Positions 38,675-48,943 are shown, numbered from the stretch's first letter. The stretch is 64,000 nucleotides of DNA from Thermodesulfobacteriota bacterium (GCA_965223335.1 OZ244991.1:2048001-2112000); one strand, 5' to 3'. Made by a program: numbers and translations. Notes: generated from the letters alone by a model not told the origin.

Positions 38675-40393
38675 ATGAATAAAAACAGAGAGATAGCCAA
38701 TATATTTGCCGAGATCGGGGATATACTCGATCTGCTGGCAGAAAACCCATTCAAGATAAGAGCCTATCGCAAGGCGTCTAGGAGTATAGCTGAGCTTCGT
38801 GAGGACATAGAGCAGATTGCAGAGCGGGATGAACTGACCGATATAGACGGTGTGGGTAAGGACCTGGCTAATAAGATTAAAGAGTACTTGGAAACCGGTG
38901 GGGTAGCCGAGTATACGAAGCTAAGAAAAAAAGTGCCCGAGGAAGTAACACGGCTACTCTCCATACAGGGTCTCGGCCCAAAGACTTTATCGGTGTTGTT
39001 CCAGGATTTTGGTGTGACGAGTGTAGAGGATCTGGAGATGGTGCTCGACTCTAAAAAGTTCCTAGAGCTAAAGGGAATGGGCAAAAAGAAGATCGAGGAT
39101 ATAAAACGCGGTGTAGAAATTTTCAAACAGGCCAGAGATAGAACTAATATTGGTGTAGCGATGGCTATTGCCGAGGTTATTGTGGCCCGGATAGAGGCGC
39201 TCGGGGGTACGGAAGGGACAGTGTGCGCGGGGTCGATAAGACGCATGAAGGAGACTGTAGGCGATATAGATATATTGACGATGGCGGACGACACGGAGGC
39301 TGTGGTGGAGGAGTTTACTAAGATGCCTTTTGTCCAAAGCGTGCTGGCCTCGGGTTCGACTAAGGGGAGTGTGATCACAACCGATGGCATACAGGTGGAC
39401 TTGCGGGTGATGCCGCCCGAGTCCTATGGGGCAGCGCTGCTCTATTTCACCGGGTCGGTGGACCATAATGTAAAGCTGCGTGGTCTGGCACTTAAACAGG
39501 GATTCAGTATAAACGAATACGCCATTACAAGGGATGATAATTATGTGGCTGGCGAGACGGAAAAAGAGATTTACAAGACACTCGGGATGCCTTTTGTCCC
39601 GCCCGAGTTAAGGGAGAACCGGGGCGAGATCGAGGCTGCTCTGGAGGGCACACTCCCAGAGCTAATAGAGCTTGGGGATGTTCGGGGCGACCTACATACT
39701 CACTCTATCTGGAGCGACGGCAGAGCGTCTGTGGAAGAGATGGTAGAGGCTGCTCGTGGGCTTGGCTACAACTATATCGCCATCACCGACCACTCTCCCT
39801 CGTCGCGGATAGCAAACGGGCTCTCGATAGAGAGGCTGCTTAAGAAAAAAAACGAGATTGATAAGATAAGGAAGAAACAAAAAGATATAAAGATACTCAT
39901 GGGAACCGAGGTGGATATACTTAGCGACGGTACCCTAGACTACCCTGACGAGGTGCTGGCGGAGTTGGACATAGTAATAGCATCGGTCCATAGCGGGTTT
40001 AAGATGGAGCGCCGGGCCCAGACCGAGAGGATTGTGAGAGCCCTCGAAAACCCATATGTGCATGCGCTCGGTCACCCTACGGGGAGGCTGATCGGTGAGC
40101 GGGACCCCTATGATGTGGATATCGATCGAGTGATAGAGGCTGCTCGGGCCCATGGCAAAGCGCTTGAGGTAAACGCCTCGTACCTGCGGCTTGACCTAAA
40201 CGACAATAATGTTAGAAAGGCCGTGGCGGAGGGAGTGAAAATAATAATATGCACAGACGCTCACAGCACGGAGCAGCTGCATTTTATGAGGCTTGGGGTG
40301 GGCACTGCCAGACGCGGATGGGTGACAAAAGCAGACGTGCTGAATACACTCAATTACAGGGATTTAACAAAGTGGTTAAAAATGGACAGATAA
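38675..40393 (+). CDS. polX: DNA polymerase X with PHP domain
   Basis: ENPFKIRAY, GSIRR..ETVGDIDIL, QVDLR and YFTGS; PHP motifs DLHTHS, ITDHS, HPTGR and TDAH. Confidence 0.96.
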   Translation: MNKNREIANIFAEIGDILDLLAENPFKIRAYRKASRSIAELREDIEQIAERDELTDIDGVGKDLANKIKEYLETGGVAEYTKLRKKVPEEVTRLLSIQGLGPKTLSVLFQDFGVTSVEDLEMVLDSKKFLELKGMGKKKIEDIKRGVEIFKQARDRTNIGVAMAIAEVIVARIEALGGTEGTVCAGSIRRMKETVGDIDILTMADDTEAVVEEFTKMPFVQSVLASGSTKGSVITTDGIQVDLRVMPPESYGAALLYFTGSVDHNVKLRGLALKQGFSINEYAITRDDNYVAGETEKEIYKTLGMPFVPPELRENRGEIEAALEGTLPELIELGDVRGDLHTHSIWSDGRASVEEMVEAARGLGYNYIAITDHSPSSRIANGLSIERLLKKKNEIDKIRKKQKDIKILMGTEVDILSDGTLDYPDEVLAELDIVIASVHSGFKMERRAQTERIVRALENPYVHALGHPTGRLIGERDPYDVDIDRVIEAARAHGKALEVNASYLRLDLNDNNVRKAVAEGVKIIICTDAHSTEQLHFMRLGVGTARRGWVTKADVLNTLNYRDLTKWLKMDR

Positions 40394-40400
40394 TAGAGCT

Positions 40401-42428
40401 ATGAGCACGAAACCAACTAAGAGAGAGGCTAAAAAGAGGATCGAGTTCCTGAGCGAGGAAGTAGAGAGGCATAACCACCTCTACTATATAGAGGAGAGCC
40501 CTGAGATCTCGGATTATGAATTCGATACACTATTGCACGAGCTTAGGGAGCTTGAGGAGCTCTACCCGGAACTCGCATTGCCCGACTCACCCACAAAACG
40601 GGTCGGGGGCGAAGTGGCAGAGGGGTTTACACCTGTGGCCCATATCGTGCCCATGATGAGCATTGACAATATATCTAACGACGACGAGGCGAGGGAATTT
40701 GACGCGCGCATTAAGAGGGGGCTCGAAAAAGAAACCGATGAGGATATTGAGTATGTGGTGGAGCCTAAGTTCGATGGTGTGTCGGCCTCGCTTGTGTATG
40801 AAGACGGTGTATTTGTGAGGGGAGCTACCCGGGGCGACGGAAAGACGGGTGAGGAGATTACCTCGAACCTAAAGACCATTAACACTATACCGCTTAAGCT
40901 AAAGACCAATAGCAGACCGCCTAGTCTGGTTGAGATACGCGGAGAGGTGCTATTTAGCTTAAGCGGGTTTGATGCTCTAAATAAAGAGCTTGAGGAGGCG
41001 GGTGAGCCCATGTTTGTCAACCCGCGTAACGCTGCGTCGGGATCGCTCCGCCAGCTTGACTCGGCGGTTACCGCACGCAGGCCGCTTGATTTCTATGCAT
41101 GGGGTGTGGGGGAGATACGCCCGGGTGACATAGAAACCGAGTGGGACCTGGTAGGGGTGCTAAAAAACTCGGGCTTTAGAGTAGACAAGCGCATTATGCA
41201 CTGTAAGAACATCGAGGAGGCTATCTCGTTTCAGCACGAGGTTGAGTCAGCGAGGGACGACCTGCCTTATGAGGCGGACGGTGTTGTGCTAAAGGTAAAC
41301 AGCCGTGAGTACCAGCGCCGTCTGGGTGCCACTGCTAAACACCCGCGCTGGAGCATTGCATATAAATTTAAGCCGCGCCAAGCCATCACTAAGATAAACG
41401 AAATCACGGTGCAGGTGGGTAGGATCGGGCTGCTTACTCCGGTGGCTGAACTGGAACCGGTCAAAATATCGGGCATTACCGTGAAGAGGGCCTCTTTACA
41501 CACAGACGATATCATAAGAGATAGAGACATAATGATAGGTGATACGGTACTTGTGCAGAGGGCGGGCGATGTGATACCCGAGGTCGTAAAGCCTATAGAG
41601 GATAGACGCACAGGCAGTGAAAAAGAGTTTGTCATGCCCCGTAGTTGTCCCTCGTGCGGCACGGGGGTTGAGCGGGAGGGGGCGTACTATTACTGCCCTA
41701 ACCTGTCGTGCCCGGCACAGATTAAGGGCAGGATAATCTATCTGGCTTCGCGTAAGGCCTTTGATATCGAGGGGCTTGGGGAAAAGATAGTCGAGCAGCT
41801 GATAGGGGAAGGATTGGTCGAGAACCTGGCCGATATATTTTCACTTAATAGAGACCAGATACTCGGGCTCGAGAGGTTTGCCGAAAAATCGGCTACGAAT
41901 TTGGTTGAAGAGATCCGGGGCAGCAAAAAGATCTCGTTTGAGCGGTTCCTAAACTCGCTTAGTATAAGACACGTGGGGGAGAGGATGGCCGAGGTCCTGG
42001 CGGAGAACTATGGCGACATTGAGGGGCTTATGAATGCTTCGGAAGAGGAGCTGGTGGAGATAGATAGTGTAGGACCCGAGATTGCAAAGAGTGTGGCGAG
42101 CTTTTTTTCTGAGACCAAAAACCGCGAGACCATAAATAAACTGCTTGGAGCCGGGATCAGCGTAGACTACAAACAGGTGGCGGAAAAAAGTGATGAATTG
42201 GCCGGACAGACCTTTGTGTTTACAGGGGGACTTGAGAATATGACAAGGGACCAGGCCCAGGATCTTGTTAAAAAACGTGGGGGCAAGGCTACGTCGTCGG
42301 TGACAAAAAAAACAACCTATGTGGTGGCGGGTAAGGACCCCGGCTCTAAACTCGCAAAGGCAGAGGCCCTCGGGGTGACTATTCTTTCTGAAAATGAGTT
42401 TATAAAATTAATCGAACACCTTAAATAG
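40401..42428 (+). CDS. ligA: NAD-dependent DNA ligase
   Basis: EPKFDG adenylation motif, TRGDG, NPRNAASGSLRQ, CPSC zinc finger and C-terminal BRCT domain. Confidence 0.98.
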   Translation: MSTKPTKREAKKRIEFLSEEVERHNHLYYIEESPEISDYEFDTLLHELRELEELYPELALPDSPTKRVGGEVAEGFTPVAHIVPMMSIDNISNDDEAREFDARIKRGLEKETDEDIEYVVEPKFDGVSASLVYEDGVFVRGATRGDGKTGEEITSNLKTINTIPLKLKTNSRPPSLVEIRGEVLFSLSGFDALNKELEEAGEPMFVNPRNAASGSLRQLDSAVTARRPLDFYAWGVGEIRPGDIETEWDLVGVLKNSGFRVDKRIMHCKNIEEAISFQHEVESARDDLPYEADGVVLKVNSREYQRRLGATAKHPRWSIAYKFKPRQAITKINEITVQVGRIGLLTPVAELEPVKISGITVKRASLHTDDIIRDRDIMIGDTVLVQRAGDVIPEVVKPIEDRRTGSEKEFVMPRSCPSCGTGVEREGAYYYCPNLSCPAQIKGRIIYLASRKAFDIEGLGEKIVEQLIGEGLVENLADIFSLNRDQILGLERFAEKSATNLVEEIRGSKKISFERFLNSLSIRHVGERMAEVLAENYGDIEGLMNASEEELVEIDSVGPEIAKSVASFFSETKNRETINKLLGAGISVDYKQVAEKSDELAGQTFVFTGGLENMTRDQAQDLVKKRGGKATSSVTKKTTYVVAGKDPGSKLAKAEALGVTILSENEFIKLIEHLK

Positions 42429-42431
42429 GAC

Positions 42432-43166
42432 TCAGCCCTCTTTAACCCTTCCCTTTACAATCTCATAGAGTATGATACCTGCGGCAACAGAGGCGTTTAG
42501 GGACGAGGCGCGCCCATTCTCGGGGATGGACACAAGGAAATCACAGCTGTCCCGAATCCCCTTAGAGAGCCCCCTACCCTCACTCCCCACCACTAACGCT
42601 ACGTCGAGCGAGGAGAGCTTTTCTTGGTGGATCATTTTTTCGGCATCCGTGTCTCCGCCCACTATCCAGACACCCGATTTCTTGAGCTCCTCTATGGTCC
42701 TGCGTAGGTTTGTGACCCTAATCACAGGCAGATGGTGTGCTGTGCCGGCGGATGCTCTGATCACTGCGGGTGTGACGTTGGCTGCGCGGTCTTTTGGTAT
42801 GATCACAGCATCGGCTCCAAGTACATGAGAGGTGCGTATAATAGCTCCCAGGTTCTGCGGGTCCTCAATGTGATCTAGGATCACAAGCAATAGCTTAGAA
42901 TCTGAGCGCGATGATAATACATCTGAAAGCTCTGTGTATCGGAACTCTGTGACCTTGGCTGCTACTCCCTGGTGTGAGGGGGTTTCGGCAATTCGTGTGA
43001 CGGCGTCTTTGGGAAGGAACTTAACTCGTACTTTGCTGGTCTCGCAGAGTTTCAAGAGATCGCTATGTTTGCCTTTGGGGCCCTGTTTGATTAAGTAAAC
43101 CTCTTCAATGTCCCGGGGCCGTGAGGTGAGGATTTCGTAAACAGGGTTTTTACCGTAGATTATCAA
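42432..43166 (-). CDS. rlmB: 23S rRNA Gm2251 methyltransferase (TTG start)
   Basis: IYGKNPV.E, HQGVAA, DPQNLGAIIR, GSEGRG and SLNASVAAG SpoU motifs. Confidence 0.92.
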   Translation of the reverse strand: MIIYGKNPVYEILTSRPRDIEEVYLIKQGPKGKHSDLLKLCETSKVRVKFLPKDAVTRIAETPSHQGVAAKVTEFRYTELSDVLSSRSDSKLLLVILDHIEDPQNLGAIIRTSHVLGADAVIIPKDRAANVTPAVIRASAGTAHHLPVIRVTNLRRTIEELKKSGVWIVGGDTDAEKMIHQEKLSSLDVALVVGSEGRGLSKGIRDSCDFLVSIPENGRASSLNASVAAGIILYEIVKGRVKEG

Positions 43167-43186
43167 ATATTGTGTCCGGTATATAT

Positions 43187-44554
43187 TTACTGGTCTTTGG
43201 TTTTGTTATCTTCTTTTGCTGTTTCTTTTACTTCACCGGCAATCTGTTTGATCTTGGATGTCACGTTGTCTCTAACCCACTTTGGGTCCCACCATTCTCT
43301 GGGGCGCACGGCTACACCGTTTATGTACACACCGTAGTGTAGGTGGTCGCCTGCCGCAAGCCCGGTCTCGCCGGTCCTGCCTATGATCTGTTTTTTCTTG
43401 ACCTCATCGTCTACATTCACATCTATGGTGCTAAGGTGGCTGTAGAGTGTGGTGATGCCCATGCCGTGGTCGATGATAACTGTGTTGCCATATATGCCGA
43501 GTTCGTCTGCGTAGACGATTTTACCCGAGTTGGCAGCTTCCACGGGGTAGCGTTTGGTAACAGCCAGGTCGTAGCCAAGGTGGTACTGCTGGTCTATGGG
43601 CTCGTCGTTGAGCATATAGGTTCTCTCGTCTGCGAAGTTGGCCTCTACCTTGGAGTTAGAGAGCTGGTGGAAGGCTTTGTCCCACATGATTTTGCCCTGG
43701 GATTCATTGCCCACACGTTTTATCTCGGCGTTGTTTTTAGCGCGAAGCTCGTTGTTTACGTTAAGGAATATCTCTTTTAGTGTGCCCCCCGATACCTCGG
43801 GGTCGGCGAGCGGCACCATGATGGAGTTTATGAAGTTTTCGCTGATCTTGATATTGCTCTTGCGGTAGTTCACTTTGCGCAGGACGTACGGGATCTGAGA
43901 AAAAGTGGTGTTGCCCGCAGTGTCTTCTGCTACGACGGTTATCTTATCGCTCTGCTTTGCGTTAAAGGGAAAGGCTATAAACGACAGGTAGATATCGTCG
44001 TCTTTAAAATGCCCCTTATGCCCCGGGAAAAATATGTCGCCTACCCACACCCCGCTTGCCTTGGTGTCGGGTGAGGATTTGTAGATCATGAGCCCCGAGC
44101 CCCCCTGATTGATATAGAGGTCGGGTGTGAGGACTGCTAGTTTTGGAGGGGTAAGGTCGAGTGAGATGTTTTTTATGACCTTGTTTCTGTTGCCCCTGAA
44201 TATCTTTATCCTCGATCTGTCGTCGGTGGTGACGATCAGCTGTGCACTGCCCTCTTTGATCCCAAGTGTTTTGGGGTCGAGCGTGACCTCTATGTTGTCT
44301 ACCTTAACACCCTCGGGATAGTCTTTCTGAATGAGTGTTTTGGAACCCTTATCGGTAACCAGCTCTACCTTGGTTTTTTTTAGTCCCTTACCCTTATCCA
44401 CTATCTCAATATCGAAGGGTTTAGTGCTGATACTGTCTGATTCGAGTCCGATATTTACCTGGGGCGCGCTCCATTCGATCTGTGGATATAGTAGTACCAG
44501 CCCCCCAATAATAAGTACCAGTAATAAGATGTATAGGTATGTTTTTACTGTCAT
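43187..44554 (-). CDS. M23-family peptidoglycan endopeptidase with N-terminal membrane anchor
   Basis: HLGYD, YGNTVIIDHG, YSHLS and DHLHYG motifs. Confidence 0.92.
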   Translation of the reverse strand: MTVKTYLYILLLVLIIGGLVLLYPQIEWSAPQVNIGLESDSISTKPFDIEIVDKGKGLKKTKVELVTDKGSKTLIQKDYPEGVKVDNIEVTLDPKTLGIKEGSAQLIVTTDDRSRIKIFRGNRNKVIKNISLDLTPPKLAVLTPDLYINQGGSGLMIYKSSPDTKASGVWVGDIFFPGHKGHFKDDDIYLSFIAFPFNAKQSDKITVVAEDTAGNTTFSQIPYVLRKVNYRKSNIKISENFINSIMVPLADPEVSGGTLKEIFLNVNNELRAKNNAEIKRVGNESQGKIMWDKAFHQLSNSKVEANFADERTYMLNDEPIDQQYHLGYDLAVTKRYPVEAANSGKIVYADELGIYGNTVIIDHGMGITTLYSHLSTIDVNVDDEVKKKQIIGRTGETGLAAGDHLHYGVYINGVAVRPREWWDPKWVRDNVTSKIKQIAGEVKETAKEDNKTKDQ

Positions 44555-44599
44555 AGATAAGGTCTCCCGGTAGTGGTGTATAGTAAACCGCTTTAGGTC

Positions 44600-44884
44600 T
44601 CAGAAATAATTAGTAATTGTGTTTGGATACTCCGGAAAGTATCTCTCGATTACGGATAGGTCAAAGCTTCTCAAAATGGACTCTTTGGGCTCACGATCAA
44701 GTAAGAACTCGAAAGATTTTACTACAAGCTCTTTGGTGCCTATCTTGTCACCGGATATCTGCGATGCATATTCATCATTCACGGCTACAGTGTGAGTCGT
44801 GTGGGTCCCGCCCTCTCTGACCTCGACCACATAGGTATGAGTAGTGCTGTCGCTTGCGGATTCCGTAATCTCAATCTCTGGCAT
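44600..44884 (-). CDS. Small conserved hypothetical protein
   Basis: 94 aa; motif SFEFLL.REPKESILRSFDL.VI.RYFPEY looks like a conserved uncharacterised family. Confidence 0.7.
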   Translation of the reverse strand: MPEIEITESASDSTTHTYVVEVREGGTHTTHTVAVNDEYASQISGDKIGTKELVVKSFEFLLDREPKESILRSFDLSVIERYFPEYPNTITNYF

Positions 44885-44993
44885 TTAATTGTACTTTTTG
44901 CTGCTGCTATTTTAAAATTAATTATAACCAACACAGTTAGCGGGACAAACAGATTTTATTGCAAGTCCGTTAATACGAGGTGTTGCAGACAAT

Positions 44994-45614
44994 ATGGACG
45001 AAAGCACATCAAACGGTAAGGGGCTCCGGATCGAAAGGTTTGATAGCAGGGAGCATGACATAGGTGTAGTAGCGGAGCTTATACTCGAGGGTGACGGTAC
45101 CAACGACGCGTTTAGGCACAATGGAGAGTCGGGGGAGTTTATAAAGAGTTTAATAGCTTCGGGTAATAACTGTCTTGGGCATGAGAATATCTATGTGAGC
45201 AGCGACTCCGGGCGGATAACTGGTGTGTTAGTTTGTTACCCAGGGCGGGGTTACGGCAGGCTGGGTGAGCTTGCGGCTTATTTCATATCAATGGGTTTTA
45301 TTGATTTCATCGCGTATCTATTATCGTCGGCTTATTTTCTGCATGCGGGGTTCACTCCGGACCTAACCGACCGTGATTACTATATAAGTGTGCTTGTGGT
45401 TGAGAACTCGTACAGGCAAAGGGGGGTTGGTTCCAGCCTGCTCGCCTACGCGATAGAGCTAGCCCGGCAGAAAGCTTTGGAGAGAGTGGTGCTGCATGTC
45501 AATGCCCAAAACACTCAAGCGATTGGGTTTTATGAACACCACCAGTTTTCTGTCATTATACAAGACAAAGAGAGCAATGACGGTAACTATAAGATGGTTC
45601 GTGAACTGAATTAG
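44994..45614 (+). CDS. GNAT-family N-acetyltransferase
   Basis: YISVLVV..SYRQRGVGS.LL and N..AIGFYE acetyl-CoA motifs. Confidence 0.9.
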   Translation: MDESTSNGKGLRIERFDSREHDIGVVAELILEGDGTNDAFRHNGESGEFIKSLIASGNNCLGHENIYVSSDSGRITGVLVCYPGRGYGRLGELAAYFISMGFIDFIAYLLSSAYFLHAGFTPDLTDRDYYISVLVVENSYRQRGVGSSLLAYAIELARQKALERVVLHVNAQNTQAIGFYEHHQFSVIIQDKESNDGNYKMVRELN

Positions 45615-45622
45615 TATAGGGT

Positions 45623-46555
45623 TTGGGTATGGCTCGGATACAAAATGAGTTTAGCTGGTCTAACTCAAGAGACCACATATTCCGTGAGTGCAAACGTAAG
45701 TACTACTATAACTACTACGGTTCTTGGGGAGGCTGGGAAAAGGACAGTGCGGATGAGGTCACGAGGGGACTCTATGTGCTCAAAAACCTGCAGAACCGCT
45801 GGCAGTGGAAGGGAAGCGTTGTACATAACGAGATCGCGATGGTGCTGCGCGAGCTCACAACTACACGGAGGCTCGTAGATTATGAGCTGTCGGAAAAACG
45901 ACTATCGAGCTCTATGAGGGAGGGGTTCAGGGAGTCGCGCACAGGCGGGTATTGGGAGAAAAGCGGGGGGCTGCGGGACCATACAGCACTATTTGAGCAT
46001 GAGTACAAATTGGATATACCGGACGGGGACTGGAAAAAGAACTACGATGAAGCCGTATTGTGTTTGGAGAATTTTTTTAAATCGTCAGTGGTCGATAAAT
46101 TGAGTGATAATAACAACATACACATTGTCACAGTGGATAGTATAAAACCGACCTCGTTCGATTTTAGGGGGGATATGATCTATGTAAACCTCGACTTTGC
46201 CTACAGTGAAGACGATGTGTTAAATATTGTGGATTGGAAAACGGGTTCGACTGAGAGTGAGGAGATGCAGTTTCTGGTCTATTGTATCTACGGTGAGAGG
46301 GTGCTCGGTTACCCACTCGACAAAATAGAGCTTTTGGAATATAACCTGTTACTAGATAGTGCCATACCACATAGTTACAACGAGGCCGATATAAAGGAAG
46401 CCGAGGTATCTATTGAGAGGAGCATTCGGGGGATGAAAAGCTATTTAACTGATGTTGATACGAACCTGGCGCAGATGGCCAGATTTCCTAAAACCGAGGA
46501 CCAAGACAGGTGTAATAGCTGTAATTTTAAAAACATATGTTTAGATTTACCCTAA
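45623..46555 (+). CDS. PD-(D/E)XK nuclease, RecB/AddB/Cas4-like, with probable Fe-S cluster
   Basis: S.S....F.EC.RKYYY, G..VH, LD..(x9)..IVDWKTG, Q.L.Y and C-terminal CNSCNFKNIC. Confidence 0.88.
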   Translation: MGMARIQNEFSWSNSRDHIFRECKRKYYYNYYGSWGGWEKDSADEVTRGLYVLKNLQNRWQWKGSVVHNEIAMVLRELTTTRRLVDYELSEKRLSSSMREGFRESRTGGYWEKSGGLRDHTALFEHEYKLDIPDGDWKKNYDEAVLCLENFFKSSVVDKLSDNNNIHIVTVDSIKPTSFDFRGDMIYVNLDFAYSEDDVLNIVDWKTGSTESEEMQFLVYCIYGERVLGYPLDKIELLEYNLLLDSAIPHSYNEADIKEAEVSIERSIRGMKSYLTDVDTNLAQMARFPKTEDQDRCNSCNFKNICLDLP

Positions 46556-46594
46556 ATGATGGTATTAATTATGTTAAACTAGGTTATTAAGAAC

Positions 46595-47938
46595 ATGGCA
46601 GAACTCGTTAAAAAAGTGAGCAATTTTTTCACCAAGGGGCTATGGCTTGTAGACCTAAACAGCCTGACTAATTTTAAGGCCTGGTTGGTTTACATGCTGC
46701 GCCTAATCTATGCTACGGTGAGTGAGTTTATACATAATGAGCTCACACTAAGGGCAATGGGGCTTGTTTATACAACACTACTATCACTGGTCCCACTGCT
46801 TGCATTCAGTGTTTCACTGCTAAAGGCGTTTGGGGTGGTCGAGAATAAGCTCGAGCCGTTCTTGCAGAAGTTTTTGGCCCCTCTGGGTGAGAATGGAGCC
46901 GAGATAAGTGCCAAGATCATGGAGTTCATATCCAATATGAACTTCGGTGTGCTCGGTGTTGTGGGACTGCTGATGCTTATCTACACCTCGATTTCGCTCA
47001 TTAAGAAGATCGAGGACTCGCTTAACCACATATGGAAGGTAAAAAAAGGCCGGAGTATAGCACGGATGTTTAGCGACTACCTGAGTACTATGCTTATAGG
47101 GCCGTTGTTTATGTTTTTAGCCATCGGTTTGACGGCATCACTCCAGAGTCATGCCATAGTACAGAAAATACTTGCCATTGAGCCCCTGGGAAGCATAGTG
47201 ATTCTGGCCGGTAAATTGGTACCATACCTCTTTGTGTTCTTGGTGTTCACCTTTGTATACATAATCTTTCCCAATACTAAGGTGTTTTTTAGGTCGGCCT
47301 TTATCGGCGGTGCAGTTGCCGGGATAGCCTGGCAGACAACGGGTTGGGTGTTTACATGGACAGTTGCAAAGTCCACACGCTACGCGGCCATCTACTCGAG
47401 CCTGGCTGTGCTTATTCTGTTTATGCTCTGGGTCTATGCGAACTGGATCATATTGCTTGTGGGCGCACAGATCTCTTACTGTCACCAAAACCTAAAGCAC
47501 CTAAACCTGAGCCACGAGTTGTTTCAACTGACAGGAAAGCTGCGCGAAAAATTGAACCTTACAGTCATGTATCTGATCGGGGATAGCTACTATAAGAGCC
47601 AAACGCGCTGGAGCCTGGATAACCTGGCCAACCATATAGGCGTGCCGTATGATTCGGTTGAACAATCTATAGGCGAGCTTGTGGGCTATAATCTTTTGAT
47701 AGAGGTAAATGAGGACCCGCTCACATATATACCTGCGAGGGACATTGAAAACATCAAGGTGAAAGACATTATAGATTCTGCAAGGACCAAAAAGGACACA
47801 GAAGCCATAGATAATATTTACCTAAACGTCCCTGAGGTAGACGCCGTATCCACAGAGGTGGAGGATGCGGTCCGAGACACTCTGGGAGATCTATCGCTAA
47901 GGGATATTATCACACGCCATAAGAGCCTAGCTCGCTAG
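46595..47938 (+). CDS. YihY/BrkB-family membrane protein with C-terminal helix-turn-helix-like extension
   Basis: A.GLVYTTLLSLVPLLA, IEDSLNHIW, Y.AIYSSLA..ILFMLWVY.NW.I.L.GA motifs. Confidence 0.92.
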   Translation: MAELVKKVSNFFTKGLWLVDLNSLTNFKAWLVYMLRLIYATVSEFIHNELTLRAMGLVYTTLLSLVPLLAFSVSLLKAFGVVENKLEPFLQKFLAPLGENGAEISAKIMEFISNMNFGVLGVVGLLMLIYTSISLIKKIEDSLNHIWKVKKGRSIARMFSDYLSTMLIGPLFMFLAIGLTASLQSHAIVQKILAIEPLGSIVILAGKLVPYLFVFLVFTFVYIIFPNTKVFFRSAFIGGAVAGIAWQTTGWVFTWTVAKSTRYAAIYSSLAVLILFMLWVYANWIILLVGAQISYCHQNLKHLNLSHELFQLTGKLREKLNLTVMYLIGDSYYKSQTRWSLDNLANHIGVPYDSVEQSIGELVGYNLLIEVNEDPLTYIPARDIENIKVKDIIDSARTKKDTEAIDNIYLNVPEVDAVSTEVEDAVRDTLGDLSLRDIITRHKSLAR

Positions 47939-48943
47939 TTATTTATTGCACCTGAGCTTTCCGTTGTCGTTCCAAATCCCTTTGCTGCAGTACTTGTACT
48001 TGATACTCGAGTGTTTGTACTTGCCTTTTGAGTCTTTGCATTTGGCCTCGAGTATGTCGCCTTTCATGTAGAAATCTTTGCATGTGTTCTTGTAGCTGCC
48101 TTTGGGGAGTTTCGCCGTGTTTTGAGTGTCGCATGCGAGTCTGCCGTTGATATTGGCTATATCTCCCTTGCAGTTCTTATAGTTCATCGAGGTCCTTGTC
48201 CAGCTGCCGTTATTTTTTTGGCACTCGGCTTTTAATTTATCGCCGTCGATCCTAAGGTCTCTGCAGCTGTATATGTAGCTGCCCTCGGGGAGGTTGGGAG
48301 CGTATTTGGATTCGCATGTGAGCTCGCCGTTTATGTTGGATATATCACCTATGCATTTCCTAAAATTGAGCGAGGTGTTTTTCAGGATACCTTTTTTGGT
48401 GAGGCACCGGGCCTTTAACTGGTTGCCCTCAACGTAGTAGTCCTGACAACTCTGTTTATAGCTGCCCCTGGGGACCGGCCCGCCCCTCTTTTTGCAGCGT
48501 AACTCGCCGTTCTCATTGTATATATCGCTTGCGCACTGCTTGTAGTTAATTTTGGTATTGTTCCACACACCGTTTTCTTTCCGACACTTTGCCTTAAGTT
48601 TGTTGCCGTCGAGCTTAATATTTTTGCAGGAGTTCTTATAGGTGCCGGCGGGGATAACATTTTTCGGTTTGGGGTGTGAGCTTCTCTTCTGCACACAGTT
48701 AAGCTCACCATTATTGTTGCGGATATCGCCCTCGCACTTTGTGTAGTTTATTTTCGTGGTGTTTCTAGTGCCGTCGGCTCTTGTACATTTTGCAACAAGG
48801 TTTGATCCGATGACCTGTGCGGCCACACAGCTATCCTGATAGCTGCCTTTGGGGAGCTGGTGCTGGGCTTGAGCGGATGTATGTAGGAAGTAAATAGTGC
48901 TAAATACTGTTAAGATGATCAAAATTGTTTTTAAACGACTCAT
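47939..48943 (-). CDS. Secreted protein with five cyanovirin-N-like (CVNH-type) repeats
   Basis: GGAGG RBS then ATG at 48943; signal peptide ending AQA; five repeats of P.G(S/T)Y..(S/T)C...L.A.C...G......C..(D/G)I.N.NG.L.C. Confidence 0.8.
   Translation of the reverse strand: MSRLKTILIILTVFSTIYFLHTSAQAQHQLPKGSYQDSCVAAQVIGSNLVAKCTRADGTRNTTKINYTKCEGDIRNNNGELNCVQKRSSHPKPKNVIPAGTYKNSCKNIKLDGNKLKAKCRKENGVWNNTKINYKQCASDIYNENGELRCKKRGGPVPRGSYKQSCQDYYVEGNQLKARCLTKKGILKNTSLNFRKCIGDISNINGELTCESKYAPNLPEGSYIYSCRDLRIDGDKLKAECQKNNGSWTRTSMNYKNCKGDIANINGRLACDTQNTAKLPKGSYKNTCKDFYMKGDILEAKCKDSKGKYKHSSIKYKYCSKGIWNDNGKLRCNK

Noticed and set aside
45623..46555. CRISPR-associated cas4
   Set aside because: No cas1, cas2 or array in the window; kept only as a solo RecB-family nuclease.
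46552..46579. TTATGTTAAAC resembling the XerD arm of dif
   Set aside because: There is no XerC-like arm 6 bp upstream (CTAAATGATGG); it is better explained as an extended -10 (TGtTAAACT) for the yihY gene.
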